A stretch of 64,000 nucleotides of DNA, taken from assembly GCA_043814095.1 (NCBI GenBank), contig JBDRKI010000102.1, positions 15,716 to 79,715 of the forward strand, given 5' to 3'. This DNA is from Armatimonadota bacterium (lineage in GTDB: Bacteria > Vulcanimicrobiota > JACPDS01 > JBDRKI01). Numbering within the stretch: position 1 is the first letter of the stretch; every line of letters begins with the position of its first letter. Under the pieces are notes generated by a model. That model saw only the letters and a program-made list of their open reading frames with translations, was not told where the DNA came from and ran no database searches. A program made the position numbers and the translations under genes. Shown here one piece after another: positions 38,758 to 48,768 of this stretch.

Positions 38758-39467
38758 TCAAATTTTTCCAGCGCCTGCTTTGCGGCAAGCTGCTCCGCTT
38801 CTTTTTTGGTACTTGATATGCCTTTTCCCAATTTTTTGTCCCTGTGGTAAACCGCTACTTCAAATGTTTTCTGATGAGCGGGTCCAGATTCTTTTAAAGT
38901 TCTGTATTCCGGAAGTTCTTTGTATTTATCCTGGATTTTTTCCTGCAGTATGCTCTTGTAATCAAAATCCTGTGTCATACTTTCTTTTATAATATTTTTA
39001 TAGAAATAAATGACGAATTTATGTGTAATATCTAATCCGGCATCAAGGTATATGGCTCCTATTAAAGCTTCAAAGGCATCTGCAAGGATAGACTGCCGCT
39101 GCCTGCCTCCCCCTGCTTCCTCTCCCCTGCCTAGAAAAAGATAATTTCCCAGTTTTAATTTTTTCGCTATATCAAATAATATACTGCCGCTTACTATACG
39201 TGATTTGCATTTAGAAATATCTCCCACGACAAGTTTTGGGTATTTGTCGTAAAGGTAGCGGGTTATAACAAGGTTAAGGACAGAATCACCTAGAAATTCA
39301 AGTTTTTCGTAACTTAAATTTTTATTTATCTTGTTTTCATAGCAGTAGGATTCGTGTGTAAGCGCCTGAACATATATATCTTTATTGCCGGGCGTAAATC
39401 CGAATTTTTTGCTTAAATATTCCAGCAGCTTATCTTCGGATTTTCTTTTTAATTTATTTTTATTCAA
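38754..39467 (-). CDS. rnc: Ribonuclease III
   Basis: RNase III signature ERLEFLGDSVL and a C-terminal dsRBD. Confidence 0.9.
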   Translation of the reverse strand: MNKNKLKRKSEDKLLEYLSKKFGFTPGNKDIYVQALTHESYCYENKINKNLSYEKLEFLGDSVLNLVITRYLYDKYPKLVVGDISKCKSRIVSGSILFDIAKKLKLGNYLFLGRGEEAGGGRQRQSILADAFEALIGAIYLDAGLDITHKFVIYFYKNIIKESMTQDFDYKSILQEKIQDKYKELPEYRTLKESGPAHQKTFEVAVYHRDKKLGKGISSTKKEAEQLAAKQALEKFD

Positions 39468-39483
39468 AGCCTATCCTTATATC

Positions 39484-40731
39484 TTAATTCGTGTATTTTT
39501 TAAATATTAATACCGCGTTCTGTCCCCCGAACCCGAACGAGTTATTCATGGCGTATTCCATATCTCTTTCCACTGCTTTGTTAGGGGTGTAATTAAGATC
39601 GCATTCAGGATCGGGAGTATCCAGGTTTATTGTCGGCGGCACTATGCCGTTTTTAATGGCCATTGTACATACTATTGATTCCACGGCTCCTGCGGCTCCC
39701 AGGCAGTGTCCGTGCATTGATTTTGTTGAACTTACAGAGAGCTTGGGTGCGTGATCTTTAAATACCATTTTCAGCGCTTTTGTTTCCGCGGGATCGCCTA
39801 CAGGCGTTGCCGTACCGTGTGCGTTTATGTAATCTATTTTATCCGGAGTTATGCCCGCGTTTTTAATGGCGGCATTCATAGCAAGAGATGCGCCCTTTCC
39901 CTCGGGATCAGGCATTGTTATATGATAAGCGTCTTCACTAGCACCGTATCCAACAATTTCTCCGTATATTGTTGCGCCTCTTTTTTTAGCGTGTTCCAGA
40001 TCTTCAAGTATTAGTATGCCGGCGCCTTCGCTCATAACAAAGCCGTCCCTGTCTTTATCAAAAGGACGTGAAGCTTCTTGGGGATTGTCGTTTTTTGTTG
40101 ATAATGCTCTTAAAGCACAGAAACCCGCCACGCTCATAGGAGTTATAGCGGCTTCCGTGCCGCCGGCTATCATAACATCTGCTTCCCCCCTTTTTATAAT
40201 ATGACATGCTTCGCCTATTGAATGAGCGCCTGTCGCGCAGGCTGTCATGATAGATAAATTGGGACCTCTTATACCGAAAAATATGCCCAGCTGTCCGGAG
40301 GCCATATTAGATATCATCATTGGTATAAAGAATGGACTTACTTTGCTGGGTCCTCTTTCAAAGAGTACTCTAAACTGGTTCTCAAGTGTTTCCATACCGC
40401 CTATGCCTGAGCCGACAAGAGCGCCGATTCTGTCGGAGTTTTCTTCATTTATTTCAAGATTTGCGTCAGCAAGAGCTGTTTTTGTCGCGCCTATGGCATA
40501 GTGCAGGAACTTATCCAGTTTACGGATCTCTTTGGGTTGTATATAATCCTGAACATTAAAATCTTTTACCTGCCCCGCAAACTTTGTCGCAAAGTTAGTT
40601 GTATCAAAATATGTTATATCAGATATACCCGACCTTCCGTTAATTAAATTATCCCAGAAAGTATCAATTTTAGAGCCCAGTGATGAAACAATACCCATTC
40701 CTGTTATAACAACTCTTTTGTTGTTCTGCAT
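39484..40731 (-). CDS. fabF: 3-oxoacyl-[acyl-carrier-protein] synthase II (FabF)
   Basis: KAS-II family with the active-site Cys region (TACATG), the HGTATPVGD and GHCLGAAG motifs. 415 aa. Confidence 0.9.
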   Translation of the reverse strand: MQNNKRVVITGMGIVSSLGSKIDTFWDNLINGRSGISDITYFDTTNFATKFAGQVKDFNVQDYIQPKEIRKLDKFLHYAIGATKTALADANLEINEENSDRIGALVGSGIGGMETLENQFRVLFERGPSKVSPFFIPMMISNMASGQLGIFFGIRGPNLSIMTACATGAHSIGEACHIIKRGEADVMIAGGTEAAITPMSVAGFCALRALSTKNDNPQEASRPFDKDRDGFVMSEGAGILILEDLEHAKKRGATIYGEIVGYGASEDAYHITMPDPEGKGASLAMNAAIKNAGITPDKIDYINAHGTATPVGDPAETKALKMVFKDHAPKLSVSSTKSMHGHCLGAAGAVESIVCTMAIKNGIVPPTINLDTPDPECDLNYTPNKAVERDMEYAMNNSFGFGGQNAVLIFKKYTN

Positions 40732-40859
40732 AATTCACCTCATTGTAATAAACTTCACTTTATCTGCTACAAATCATGTTAGAAGGATTAATTTTAAGTT
40801 TACTTAATTCTATAGGTATACTATACTTCCTTCTAAAGATATAATTTAGGCGGTGTTAC

Positions 40860-41837
40860 ATGAAAAAGTACTTAGTTTTAACTATTTTTCTAGTATTTGC
40901 CCTTTCTGTTTTTGTTTACGCTAATAATAGCTTATCCGCGGAAGAATATCAAGTCATACCCAATAATAATGAGATCATCCATGACTGTAATTCCACAGTA
41001 TCTATATTGTTTAATAAATCTTTATTAAATAATATAGAAATTAATAATACTAAAATCTTTCTTAATAGTAAAGAGATATCAAAAAAATGCTTATATAACG
41101 GAAATTCTATAACTTATCTGCCTATTATTTCTCTTCCCGCCGGCATAAATCAGGCAGAGGCCTTTATTGTGTATAAAGACGGCGGAGAAAAATCGGTTAA
41201 ATGGACATTTAATGTGATATCCAAGGATAATATAACTTCTGTAGAGCATGACGCAGTTGATACATTAATTATAAATGAGGATCTGAAAGTAACTATCAAA
41301 GGCATAGAAGGAGCCCGAGCAAGTTTTGACATAGGAGACAAAATAAAGAATATACCTTTAAAGGAAACATCTCCGGGTATCTATGAAGGTGTTTACAAAA
41401 TTAAGCCTATTGATAATTTCGGTTCTGAAGACATAATAGGACACTTAAAATTCAATACAGAACTTGAATCTTCATGCAAAGCCGAGAAGCAGGCTGATAT
41501 AAGGGGTGATTTGTTTCTAGTAAAAATTATTTCTCCGAAACCTGAAGACAGGGTCGGCAAATCATTTGAGATAATCGGCAGGACAAAACCTCATGCCCTT
41601 GTAATGATATCTTCTTTAATGTGGCTTAAAAATATACCTATTGTTAATGAATTAAAAGCAACCACAGGCGGATATGAAGCCAAAGCGGATGAAAACGGTA
41701 TATTTAAAATGAAATACGGTATACCTTTTGAATTAAAAGATTCCACATATACATTAAAGTTTTTAGGGAAGGATGATAAAGGCAATTATTCCATTCCTAA
41801 TACCGTAACTGTAACTACCCGTGGAGGGAAAGACTAA
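40860..41837 (+). CDS. Secreted hypothetical protein with a signal peptide, probably beta-rich / Ig-like
   Basis: N-terminal MKKYLVLTIFLVFALSVFVYA signal sequence. No recognised catalytic motif. Confidence 0.55.
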   Translation: MKKYLVLTIFLVFALSVFVYANNSLSAEEYQVIPNNNEIIHDCNSTVSILFNKSLLNNIEINNTKIFLNSKEISKKCLYNGNSITYLPIISLPAGINQAEAFIVYKDGGEKSVKWTFNVISKDNITSVEHDAVDTLIINEDLKVTIKGIEGARASFDIGDKIKNIPLKETSPGIYEGVYKIKPIDNFGSEDIIGHLKFNTELESSCKAEKQADIRGDLFLVKIISPKPEDRVGKSFEIIGRTKPHALVMISSLMWLKNIPIVNELKATTGGYEAKADENGIFKMKYGIPFELKDSTYTLKFLGKDDKGNYSIPNTVTVTTRGGKD

Positions 41838-42049
41838 TCTCCCCTATCAATTGTTTTTTTTTAAAAAAAATAAATTTATTAACAATTTGTTAATAATCTG
41901 TTAATATAATTATTATATAATTAAACCAAGGAAAATTTTTATATTCTCTTATCAGAATATTTTACCGTCTTTTGAAGCTATACAGGAGAACTCTTTACCT
42001 TTTTTGGAATACAGATTAATTATTTCATAGTTTGTATCTTTAGGAGTTA

Positions 42050-42220
42050 TTATTTCCGCTTTATAAATGCCGTTATTAATTCTTCCCGAATTAATGGGGG
42101 ATTAAGAAAATACTGGGTAACGCCTTTATCCAGAATCTGGCTCTTATAATCTCCTGTGTTATTTGACACCAGAATTGCTCCGGGTTTAATTGCGGCAGAA
42201 TTTACTGGGAAGTTAAGCAT
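42050..42220 (-). CDS. Small hypothetical protein (56 aa) downstream of the 155-aa gene; not in the ORF track
   Basis: Minus-strand ORF MLNFPVNSAAIKPGAILVSNNTGDYKSQILDKGVTQYFLNPPLIREELITAFIKRK with GGAG 9 nt upstream of the ATG. Confidence 0.4.
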   Translation of the reverse strand: MLNFPVNSAAIKPGAILVSNNTGDYKSQILDKGVTQYFLNPPLIREELITAFIKRK

Positions 42221-42250
42221 AATTTATTACTCCGTAAGTATTGGATTATA

Positions 42251-42718
42251 TTAATTTTCTTCTTCTTTAGGTTCTAAAAGCTTTACTCCGTCCTGGATGG
42301 CTTTTAAAAATTCTTCGTGTTTTTCTGATTTTTCTTTATCGGATATTATGCAGTTCAGACATGTAATAAGTTCTTCTTTTTCTTCCGCGGTTACCTGTCT
42401 GTAGCTTTTCTGTTCATATGTACATACAGAAGCTGGGCCTGTTCTGTTAGCAGTCCCTGTATAAGCGTCTTTACTGAAATAAATGTCAGGGTTTTTGAAT
42501 TTTTTGTCTTTTGTCTGTTTGACTATATAATTAAACTTGTCGGATCCCAAAGTAATAGTAAGCTTAACTTCTTTAGTTTTTACGGCGATATTCTTGGTTA
42601 TTACTAAAGTGGCTTTTTTATCGCCTTCTAAATCGTAGTTAATCTGTTCTTTTTTCTCTACGCTGGGCCTGCTATAATATGTACTTGTTGCTCCCTGTGC
42701 AATAATAGTATTGTCCAT
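42251..42718 (-). CDS. Hypothetical protein (155 aa)
   Basis: Charged protein with three Cys. No recognised family. Confidence 0.5.
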   Translation of the reverse strand: MDNTIIAQGATSTYYSRPSVEKKEQINYDLEGDKKATLVITKNIAVKTKEVKLTITLGSDKFNYIVKQTKDKKFKNPDIYFSKDAYTGTANRTGPASVCTYEQKSYRQVTAEEKEELITCLNCIISDKEKSEKHEEFLKAIQDGVKLLEPKEEEN

Positions 42719-42791
42719 TTTTCCCCTCCTTAAAATGATAGCATAGGTAAATTTTATTAATTATTGGCAATAAAGTCAATGGAATACAGGC

Positions 42792-42823
42792 GTGAAAATG
42801 TTAACTTTTTGTTAACTTTTCAC
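42792..42823. promoter_or_regulatory. Putative operator palindrome GTGAAAATGTTAAC-TTTTT-GTTAACTTTTCAC, ~75 bp upstream of the 155-aa gene
   Basis: 13/14-bp inverted repeat. It shares the AAAATGTTAAC core with the site at 38206. Confidence 0.35.
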
Positions 42824-42871
42824 TCCATTAATAAATTATATTAATACTAATTATGTAAAATAAGGGATTTT

Positions 42872-43891
42872 TTACAATAATGATATCTGGCTGTTCTGAG
42901 GTACTTCTAATCCCAAGTGTTCATAAGCGGATATCCCCGCGCATCTGCCTCTTGAAGTTTTGTTTATAAAGCCGAGCTGGATAAGATACGGTTCGTAAAC
43001 CTGTTCAATATTTTCAGACTCTTCATTTACGGCATGTGCTAAAGTTTCTATCCCCACAGGGCCGCCGTTAAATTTTTCTATAATAAAATGCATTATCTTT
43101 ATATCCAGCTCATCCAACCCCTTAGAATCAATCCCTAATTTATAAAGGGAGTCGTTTGCTATGGTAGAATCAATAATACCTGTTTCCGCAACCTGAGCAA
43201 AATCCCTTACTCTTTTAAGAAGGCGGTTTGCGACCCTTGGCGTTCCCCTTGATCTATGGGCTATTATATAGCCGGCATCTTCTTCTACTTCAATATCCAG
43301 TATTCTGCTTGAACGCATAATAATGTCTTTCAGGTTCTCAGGGGAGTAAAAGTCAAGGTTGAAATTTATGCCAAAACGGTTGCGCAAGGGGGAAGTCAGC
43401 ATGCCGGAGCGGGTCGTTGCGCCTATTAAAGTAAATTTAGGAAGCTTTATCTTAGCCGATTTTACGACAGAACTCTGTGATATAACTCTGTCAAAGGTAA
43501 AATCTTCCATTGCCGAATAAAGTATCTCTTCTGTTGCACGGTTTAAACGGTGTATCTCATCTATGAATAAAACATCATTCTCTTTTAAGTTTTTTAAAAG
43601 CACAAGCAGGTCAATTGGTCTTTCAATCGCGGGACCGGATGTTGCTTTTATATCAACACCTATTTCATTGGCAATTATATTTGACAGGGTGGTTTTTCCA
43701 AGGCCCGGAGGCCCGCATAATAATACATGATCAAGAGCTTCCTGCCTCATACCTGCGGCTTTTATGAATACCCTTAAATTTTCTTTGATATTTTCCTGGC
43801 CCACGTATTCATCTAATGTCTGAGGCCGCAAGGAGACTTCAAAATTTGCTTCTTCTTCCCCTCTCGCGGGGGATATGATGCGTTCTTCCAT
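42872..43891 (-). CDS. ruvB: Holliday junction branch migration helicase RuvB
   Basis: AAA+ Walker A GPPGLGKTT, Walker B and sensor motifs. Conserved RuvB throughout. Start probably MEERII at 43891. Confidence 0.92.
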   Translation of the reverse strand: MEERIISPARGEEEANFEVSLRPQTLDEYVGQENIKENLRVFIKAAGMRQEALDHVLLCGPPGLGKTTLSNIIANEIGVDIKATSGPAIERPIDLLVLLKNLKENDVLFIDEIHRLNRATEEILYSAMEDFTFDRVISQSSVVKSAKIKLPKFTLIGATTRSGMLTSPLRNRFGINFNLDFYSPENLKDIIMRSSRILDIEVEEDAGYIIAHRSRGTPRVANRLLKRVRDFAQVAETGIIDSTIANDSLYKLGIDSKGLDELDIKIMHFIIEKFNGGPVGIETLAHAVNEESENIEQVYEPYLIQLGFINKTSRGRCAGISAYEHLGLEVPQNSQISLL

Positions 43892-43893
43892 AA

Positions 43894-44478
43894 TTATTTC
43901 CCCATAATTACCAGGCATTTTTCTATAAATTCATCAAAATGCGCTGTTTTTTCAAACTGGGAAGCGGCTTTATCTATAATATCTTCGGATTCTTTAGAAG
44001 AAAGCCCCAAACTCATTAAAACTTCCTTTGCTTCTTCGGTAAAACTTTCTTTTTCCGCTGGATAGTCTTTAGGGATTATCAATCCTACCTTTTCGGCCAG
44101 CTCTACCACAAGTCTCTGAGCCGTCTTTTTTCCCACGCCCGGCACTTTTGTTAAGGAAGCTACATCCTGTTTAAAAATAATTTTGGCAAGTTTTACTGCA
44201 TCATAGTTATTTAAAATAGAGAGAGCTGCTTTAGGGCCTATGCCTGAGACGCTTATCATCATAAGAAATAGTTCTTTGTCTATGTTAGTCTCAAAACCGT
44301 AAATAGAGATATCATCTTCTTTTACGCATGTGTGAGCGGATAATTTAACCTCATCATCTAAGTTTAACTTGCCTATCGTTCTTAAAGGAACATTAACCCC
44401 GTACCCTACCCCGTTTACGTCTATAATAACGAGATTTTTACTTATACCGGATATTATTCCCTTTAATTGATGTATCAT
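43894..44478 (-). CDS. ruvA: Holliday junction DNA-binding protein RuvA
   Basis: 194 aa with HhH motifs (GIGPKAAL, VPGVGKKTAQRL). Immediately upstream of ruvB. Confidence 0.85.
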   Translation of the reverse strand: MIHQLKGIISGISKNLVIIDVNGVGYGVNVPLRTIGKLNLDDEVKLSAHTCVKEDDISIYGFETNIDKELFLMMISVSGIGPKAALSILNNYDAVKLAKIIFKQDVASLTKVPGVGKKTAQRLVVELAEKVGLIIPKDYPAEKESFTEEAKEVLMSLGLSSKESEDIIDKAASQFEKTAHFDEFIEKCLVIMGK

Positions 44479-44515
44479 AATTACCCTCCCCCGTATAATT
44501 ATGTATGTATATAGA

Positions 44516-44995
44516 TTATATCATCATTTTTTCGCTTGCCAGATGGCATAAAGCTATCGCCACGGCGTCTGCCGCGTCATCAGGAGTCGGCGGCTTCTCT
44601 AAATTAAACTGAAGCTGAACCATCTGCTTCATTTGGTTTTTATCGGCTCTTCCGTAGCCCACAAGCGTGTTTTTCACCTGCAGGGGGGTATACTCAAAAA
44701 GTTTTACGTTTTTTACGGCGCAGGCAAGAAAAATAATTCCTCTTACTTCTCCTATGCTCAAGGCTGTTTTGGTGTTTTTATTAAAAAACAGCAGTTCTAC
44801 CGCCAGAATATCAGGATTATATTCATCAATTAGAAGAGTCAATGCTTCATAAATCTGTTTTAGTCTATATTTCTTCTCGGTATCAGACGATGTTTTTATA
44901 CACCCGTATTTAATTAAATCAACAACGTCACCCGATGTGTGTATTATTCCGTATCCTGTTGTCGCTGTCCCGGGATCTATGCCCAGTATTATCAT
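44516..44995 (-). CDS. ruvC: Crossover junction endodeoxyribonuclease RuvC
   Basis: ILGIDPG N-terminus and RNaseH-fold acidic residues. 159 aa. Confidence 0.88.
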   Translation of the reverse strand: MIILGIDPGTATTGYGIIHTSGDVVDLIKYGCIKTSSDTEKKYRLKQIYEALTLLIDEYNPDILAVELLFFNKNTKTALSIGEVRGIIFLACAVKNVKLFEYTPLQVKNTLVGYGRADKNQMKQMVQLQFNLEKPPTPDDAADAVAIALCHLASEKMMI

Positions 44996-45003
44996 ATTTT
45001 CTC

Positions 45004-45750
45004 CTAAGCAAGTTCCTGCAGTATCTCTTCAGGTATATCAAAATTGGCATGAACCTGCTGAACATCATCGTGTTCTTCAATAGCTTCCATTAATTTTAAA
45101 ATTGACGAGGCTTGATCTTTATTAAGTTCTACCGTATTCTGGGGTATCATAATTATATTTGCCGATTCTAACTTAATTTTATTGTCTTCCAGAGCGGTTT
45201 TTACTTTATGAAAATCCGATATTTCGGTCTCAATTTCATAAGACGATTCCAGAGTTTTAAAATCCGAAGCTCCGGCGTTTATCGCTACTTCCATTAATTT
45301 TTCTTCTTCCGAGGCGGTTTTATCCACGGTAATAAGGCCTTTTTGAGCAAACATCCAGCCCACGCATCCTGTTTCGCCTAAGTTGCCGCCGTATTTTGAG
45401 AATAAGCTTCTTACTTCTCCTGCTGTTCTGTTTCTGTTATCCGTGGCTACTTCTATTATTATAGCTACTCCGTTAGGCCCGTATCCTTCATAAACTATGG
45501 TTTCGTAATTTTCCGCGCCTCCCGCGCCTGTTGCCTTATCAATAGTCCTTTTTATGTTATCAGCCGGCATATTAACTTCTTTAGCTTTGCCTATGGCTAT
45601 TTTTAACCTGTAGTTTACCTCGGGATCAGCTCCGCCTTCTTTTACGGCCATAAATATTTCTTTGGCAATCTTGGTGAACATCTTCCCTCTTTTGGCGTCC
45701 ATCTTGCCCTTTTTTTCCCTTATATTATGCCATTTTGAATGACCGCTCAT
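45004..45750 (-). CDS. YebC/PmpR-family transcriptional regulator
   Basis: MSGHSKWHNI..KGKMDAKRGK N-terminus is diagnostic of the YebC family. Confidence 0.88.
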   Translation of the reverse strand: MSGHSKWHNIREKKGKMDAKRGKMFTKIAKEIFMAVKEGGADPEVNYRLKIAIGKAKEVNMPADNIKRTIDKATGAGGAENYETIVYEGYGPNGVAIIIEVATDNRNRTAGEVRSLFSKYGGNLGETGCVGWMFAQKGLITVDKTASEEEKLMEVAINAGASDFKTLESSYEIETEISDFHKVKTALEDNKIKLESANIIMIPQNTVELNKDQASSILKLMEAIEEHDDVQQVHANFDIPEEILQELA

Positions 45751-45760
45751 GAAAATCCTC

Positions 45761-47074
45761 CTAAGGGTAAATCCTGTTTAAAGTTCTTGCGAAAGGTATG
45801 GTCTCCCTTACATGATCAAGCCCGCATATCCATGCGACAGCCCTTTCTATTCCTAATCCGAAGCCTGCGTGAGGCACGGAACCGTACCTTCTTAAATCAA
45901 GATACCATTTATACGCTTCTTTCGGCAGTTTATGCAGGTCTATCTTCTTCTCAAGTATCTGGAGACTGTCTTCCCTCTGGCCTCCTCCTATTATCTCTCC
46001 GTATCCTTCGGGAGCAAGAAGGTCAGAACTTAATGAAAGTTTGGAGTTATCCGGGTCTTCTTTCATGTAGAAGGCTTTGCATTCAACAGGAAAACGGTGT
46101 ACGAAAAACGGCTTATCGAATTTACTTGCTATAATTGTTTCGTCTCCCCCCCCGAAATCTCCTCCCCACTGGAATTCTACGCCTTCTTTTTTTAATATCT
46201 CAACTGCTTCATCATAGGAAATCCTTGGGAAAGGAGGCGTTACTTTTTTAAGATATGTAAGGTCGCGCTCTAAGACTTCAAGTTCTTTTTCGCAGTTTTT
46301 AATGACTGTCTGCACCAGATACGACACATATTCTTCCTGTATTTTTATATCCTGTTCCAGGTCGCAGTACGCGATCTCCGGCTCTATCATCCAGAATTCG
46401 TTAAGGTGGCGTCTTGTTTTGGATTTTTCAGCCCGGAAAGTAGGCCCGAAACAGTATACCTTATTAAATGCCATGCAGGCCGCTTCCATATATAACTGGC
46501 CTGACTGGGTAAGATAAGCTTTAGTGTCAAAATAGTCAGTCTCAAAAAGAGTTGTTGTTCCTTCACATGCCGAAGGAGTCATAATAGGAGCATCTATCAG
46601 AACATAACCGTTAGAGTCAAAATAATCCCTGCTTGATTTTATTATCTGGTGCCTTATCTTCATAATGGCATGCTGGCGTTTTGATCTTAGCCATAGATGC
46701 CTGTGGTCCATAAGAAATTCCGTGCCGTGCTCTTTCGGGGTGATCGGGTATTCCTGGGCTTGATTTATAACGGTGAGATCTTTTACCGATAGTTCAAACC
46801 CTATCGGGGAACGTGTGTCTTCTTTAACTTCACCGGTTACAATTATTGATGATTCATAAGGAAGTTTATCTGCCGTATCAAAAACTTCGGGGGAAACATC
46901 ACCTTTGAATACCACGGCCTGTATAATGCCGGTGCCGTCCCTGACCTGCAGGAAATGAAGCTTCCCGCTGGATCTTTTGTTATAAAGCCAGCCTTTAATC
47001 TGCACTGTTTTTCCAGCATATTTTGCTATATCCTGTATTAAAGCAGTTTCCATTGTTATTACCTCTTCTTGCAT
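45761..47074 (-). CDS. asnS: Class II aminoacyl-tRNA synthetase, most likely asparagine--tRNA ligase
   Basis: N-terminal OB anticodon-binding domain plus a class IIb catalytic core (motif 2 FRAE, motif 3 GFGLGIERA). The ~430-aa size favours AsnRS over AspRS. Confidence 0.7.
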   Translation of the reverse strand: MQEEVITMETALIQDIAKYAGKTVQIKGWLYNKRSSGKLHFLQVRDGTGIIQAVVFKGDVSPEVFDTADKLPYESSIIVTGEVKEDTRSPIGFELSVKDLTVINQAQEYPITPKEHGTEFLMDHRHLWLRSKRQHAIMKIRHQIIKSSRDYFDSNGYVLIDAPIMTPSACEGTTTLFETDYFDTKAYLTQSGQLYMEAACMAFNKVYCFGPTFRAEKSKTRRHLNEFWMIEPEIAYCDLEQDIKIQEEYVSYLVQTVIKNCEKELEVLERDLTYLKKVTPPFPRISYDEAVEILKKEGVEFQWGGDFGGGDETIIASKFDKPFFVHRFPVECKAFYMKEDPDNSKLSLSSDLLAPEGYGEIIGGGQREDSLQILEKKIDLHKLPKEAYKWYLDLRRYGSVPHAGFGLGIERAVAWICGLDHVRETIPFARTLNRIYP

Positions 47075-47212
47075 GATTAGACACCTCTCCGGTTTAATAA
47101 TAGTCTCTTTTCTATACCCTATCAGCTATTCCCTCTTATATATTATAATTCCTTTTTATAAAATACAATAAAAATAATGGAAAAACAGAATAATATGAAA
47201 TTATATTATAAT

Positions 47213-47246
47213 AAAAGACACCCCGGTAAAACAGGGTGTCTTTTAA
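47213..47246. terminator. Terminator hairpin AAGACACCC-CGGTAAAACA-GGGTGTCTT flanked by A/T runs (after gdh)
   Basis: 9-bp GC-containing stem with flanking A-run and T-run, so it looks bidirectional. Confidence 0.6.
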
Positions 47247-47265
47247 ATGATTTACAAACGACAGT

Positions 47266-48534
47266 TTAGGGCCAGATGTCTCTGAGTTTGAGAGCGTCTG
47301 AGACTCTGCCTACCGCTAATATGTAAGCGGCTGTTCTCATGTCGCAGTTGTATTTTTTATGGATATTCAGCACATCCATGAATGATTTGTACATGATATC
47401 TCTGAGTTTATTGTTTACTTCGTCTTCGGTCCAGAAGTGGGCCTGTAGATCCTGTACCCATTCAAAGTATGATACTGTAACACCGCCGGCATTGGCTAAA
47501 ATGTCAGGTATTACCATTATACCGTTTTTGAAGAGAATATCATCCGCTTCAGGTGTTGTCGGGCCGTTAGCGGCTTCGGCAACTATCTTAGCTTTGATAT
47601 TTGCGGCGTTCTTTGATGTGATTACATTTTCAAGCGCTGCCGGTACGAGTACGTCTACTTCAAGTTCAAGAAGCTGTTCGTTTGTAATTTCTTTTGTGTC
47701 TTTATATCCTTTTACCGAACCTGTTTCCTGCTTGTAGGTTATAACTGATGTTATATCAAGACCTTTTTCCGAGTAGATCCCGCCTCTTGAATCGCTTACT
47801 GCAACTATTTTACAGCCTTCATCGGCAAGAAGTCTCGCAGCTATAGAGCCGGCATTGCCAAAGCCCTGTACTGATACTGTTTTGCCTTTTAAGTCGCCCC
47901 ATCCGAGAGCTTCGGCGGCTTTTTGTACTGTGAACATACAGCCTCTTGCCGTAGCTTCGTTTCTGCCGTAGGATCCGCCTACTTCAATAGGTTTGCCTGT
48001 TACAACGCCCGGTACCGAATAGCCCTTTATCATGCTGTAGGTATCCATAATCCAGGACATTGTTTTTGCGTTAGTGTATACGTCCGGTGCGGGGATATCT
48101 TTTTCCGGTCCGATTATAATGGAAATTTCAGAAGTGAATCGTCTTGTTATTCTTTCTAATTCACTCATTGACAGTTCTTTCGGGTTGCATATGACGCCGC
48201 CCTTTGCGCCGCCGTAAGGAATTCCTACAACCGCGCATTTCCATGTCATCCACATGGCAAGAGCTCTTACTTCGTCTACACTGACATCGGGATGGTATCT
48301 GATTCCGCCCTTTGCCGGTCCTCTTGCAAGGTTATGCTGAACGCGGTATCCCATGAAGGTTCTGATTGAACCGTTATCCATTCTGACTGGGATACTTACG
48401 TGTAATTCTCTTTTGGGGTATTTTAAAACTTCATGGATATTCGGATCCAGATTCATTTTTTTTGCAACTCTGTCAAGCTGCTGCAGAGCTATCTGCCATG
48501 GATTTAAATTTTCTTGTTTTGTAGCCACTGTCAT
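47266..48534 (-). CDS. gdhA: NAD(P)-dependent glutamate dehydrogenase
   Basis: Glu/Leu/Phe/Val dehydrogenase signature (GGAKGG), a Rossmann GFGNAGS motif and 422 aa. Confidence 0.85.
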   Translation of the reverse strand: MTVATKQENLNPWQIALQQLDRVAKKMNLDPNIHEVLKYPKRELHVSIPVRMDNGSIRTFMGYRVQHNLARGPAKGGIRYHPDVSVDEVRALAMWMTWKCAVVGIPYGGAKGGVICNPKELSMSELERITRRFTSEISIIIGPEKDIPAPDVYTNAKTMSWIMDTYSMIKGYSVPGVVTGKPIEVGGSYGRNEATARGCMFTVQKAAEALGWGDLKGKTVSVQGFGNAGSIAARLLADEGCKIVAVSDSRGGIYSEKGLDITSVITYKQETGSVKGYKDTKEITNEQLLELEVDVLVPAALENVITSKNAANIKAKIVAEAANGPTTPEADDILFKNGIMVIPDILANAGGVTVSYFEWVQDLQAHFWTEDEVNNKLRDIMYKSFMDVLNIHKKYNCDMRTAAYILAVGRVSDALKLRDIWP

Positions 48535-48563
48535 TTATTCTCCTCCAAAATTTTATTTGCCTT

Positions 48564-48588
48564 TTTCTTCTTTACTTAATAAAGAAGA
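48564..48588. promoter_or_regulatory. Perfect 10-bp inverted repeat TTCTTCTTTA-CTTAA-TAAAGAAGAA ~30 bp upstream of the gdh start
   Basis: Seen in the sequence. Position is consistent with an operator or 5'-UTR hairpin. Confidence 0.3.
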
Positions 48589-48768
48589 AAAACAGGACTT
48601 TCTTTTAGAAAAAGTTAACAGTAAAATGCTTCCTTATTATAACCCCCTTTCCATTTATGAACGGTTTAGCTGAAAGTGTAATTAGTGTATTTTGAACAGC
48701 GCCTCATATAATTCCATAGTCGGGTGCAAACTCCTTCTTTTTTGTTAAATTTTTAACAAGCAATCTGT

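Noticed and set aside
41838-41900. AATTGTT-T8A8-TAAATTTATT-AACAATT AT-only palindrome after the secreted-protein gene
   Set aside because: It probably acts as a weak bidirectional terminator or is simply AT-rich intergenic sequence. It has no GC stem, so I did not call it as a feature.
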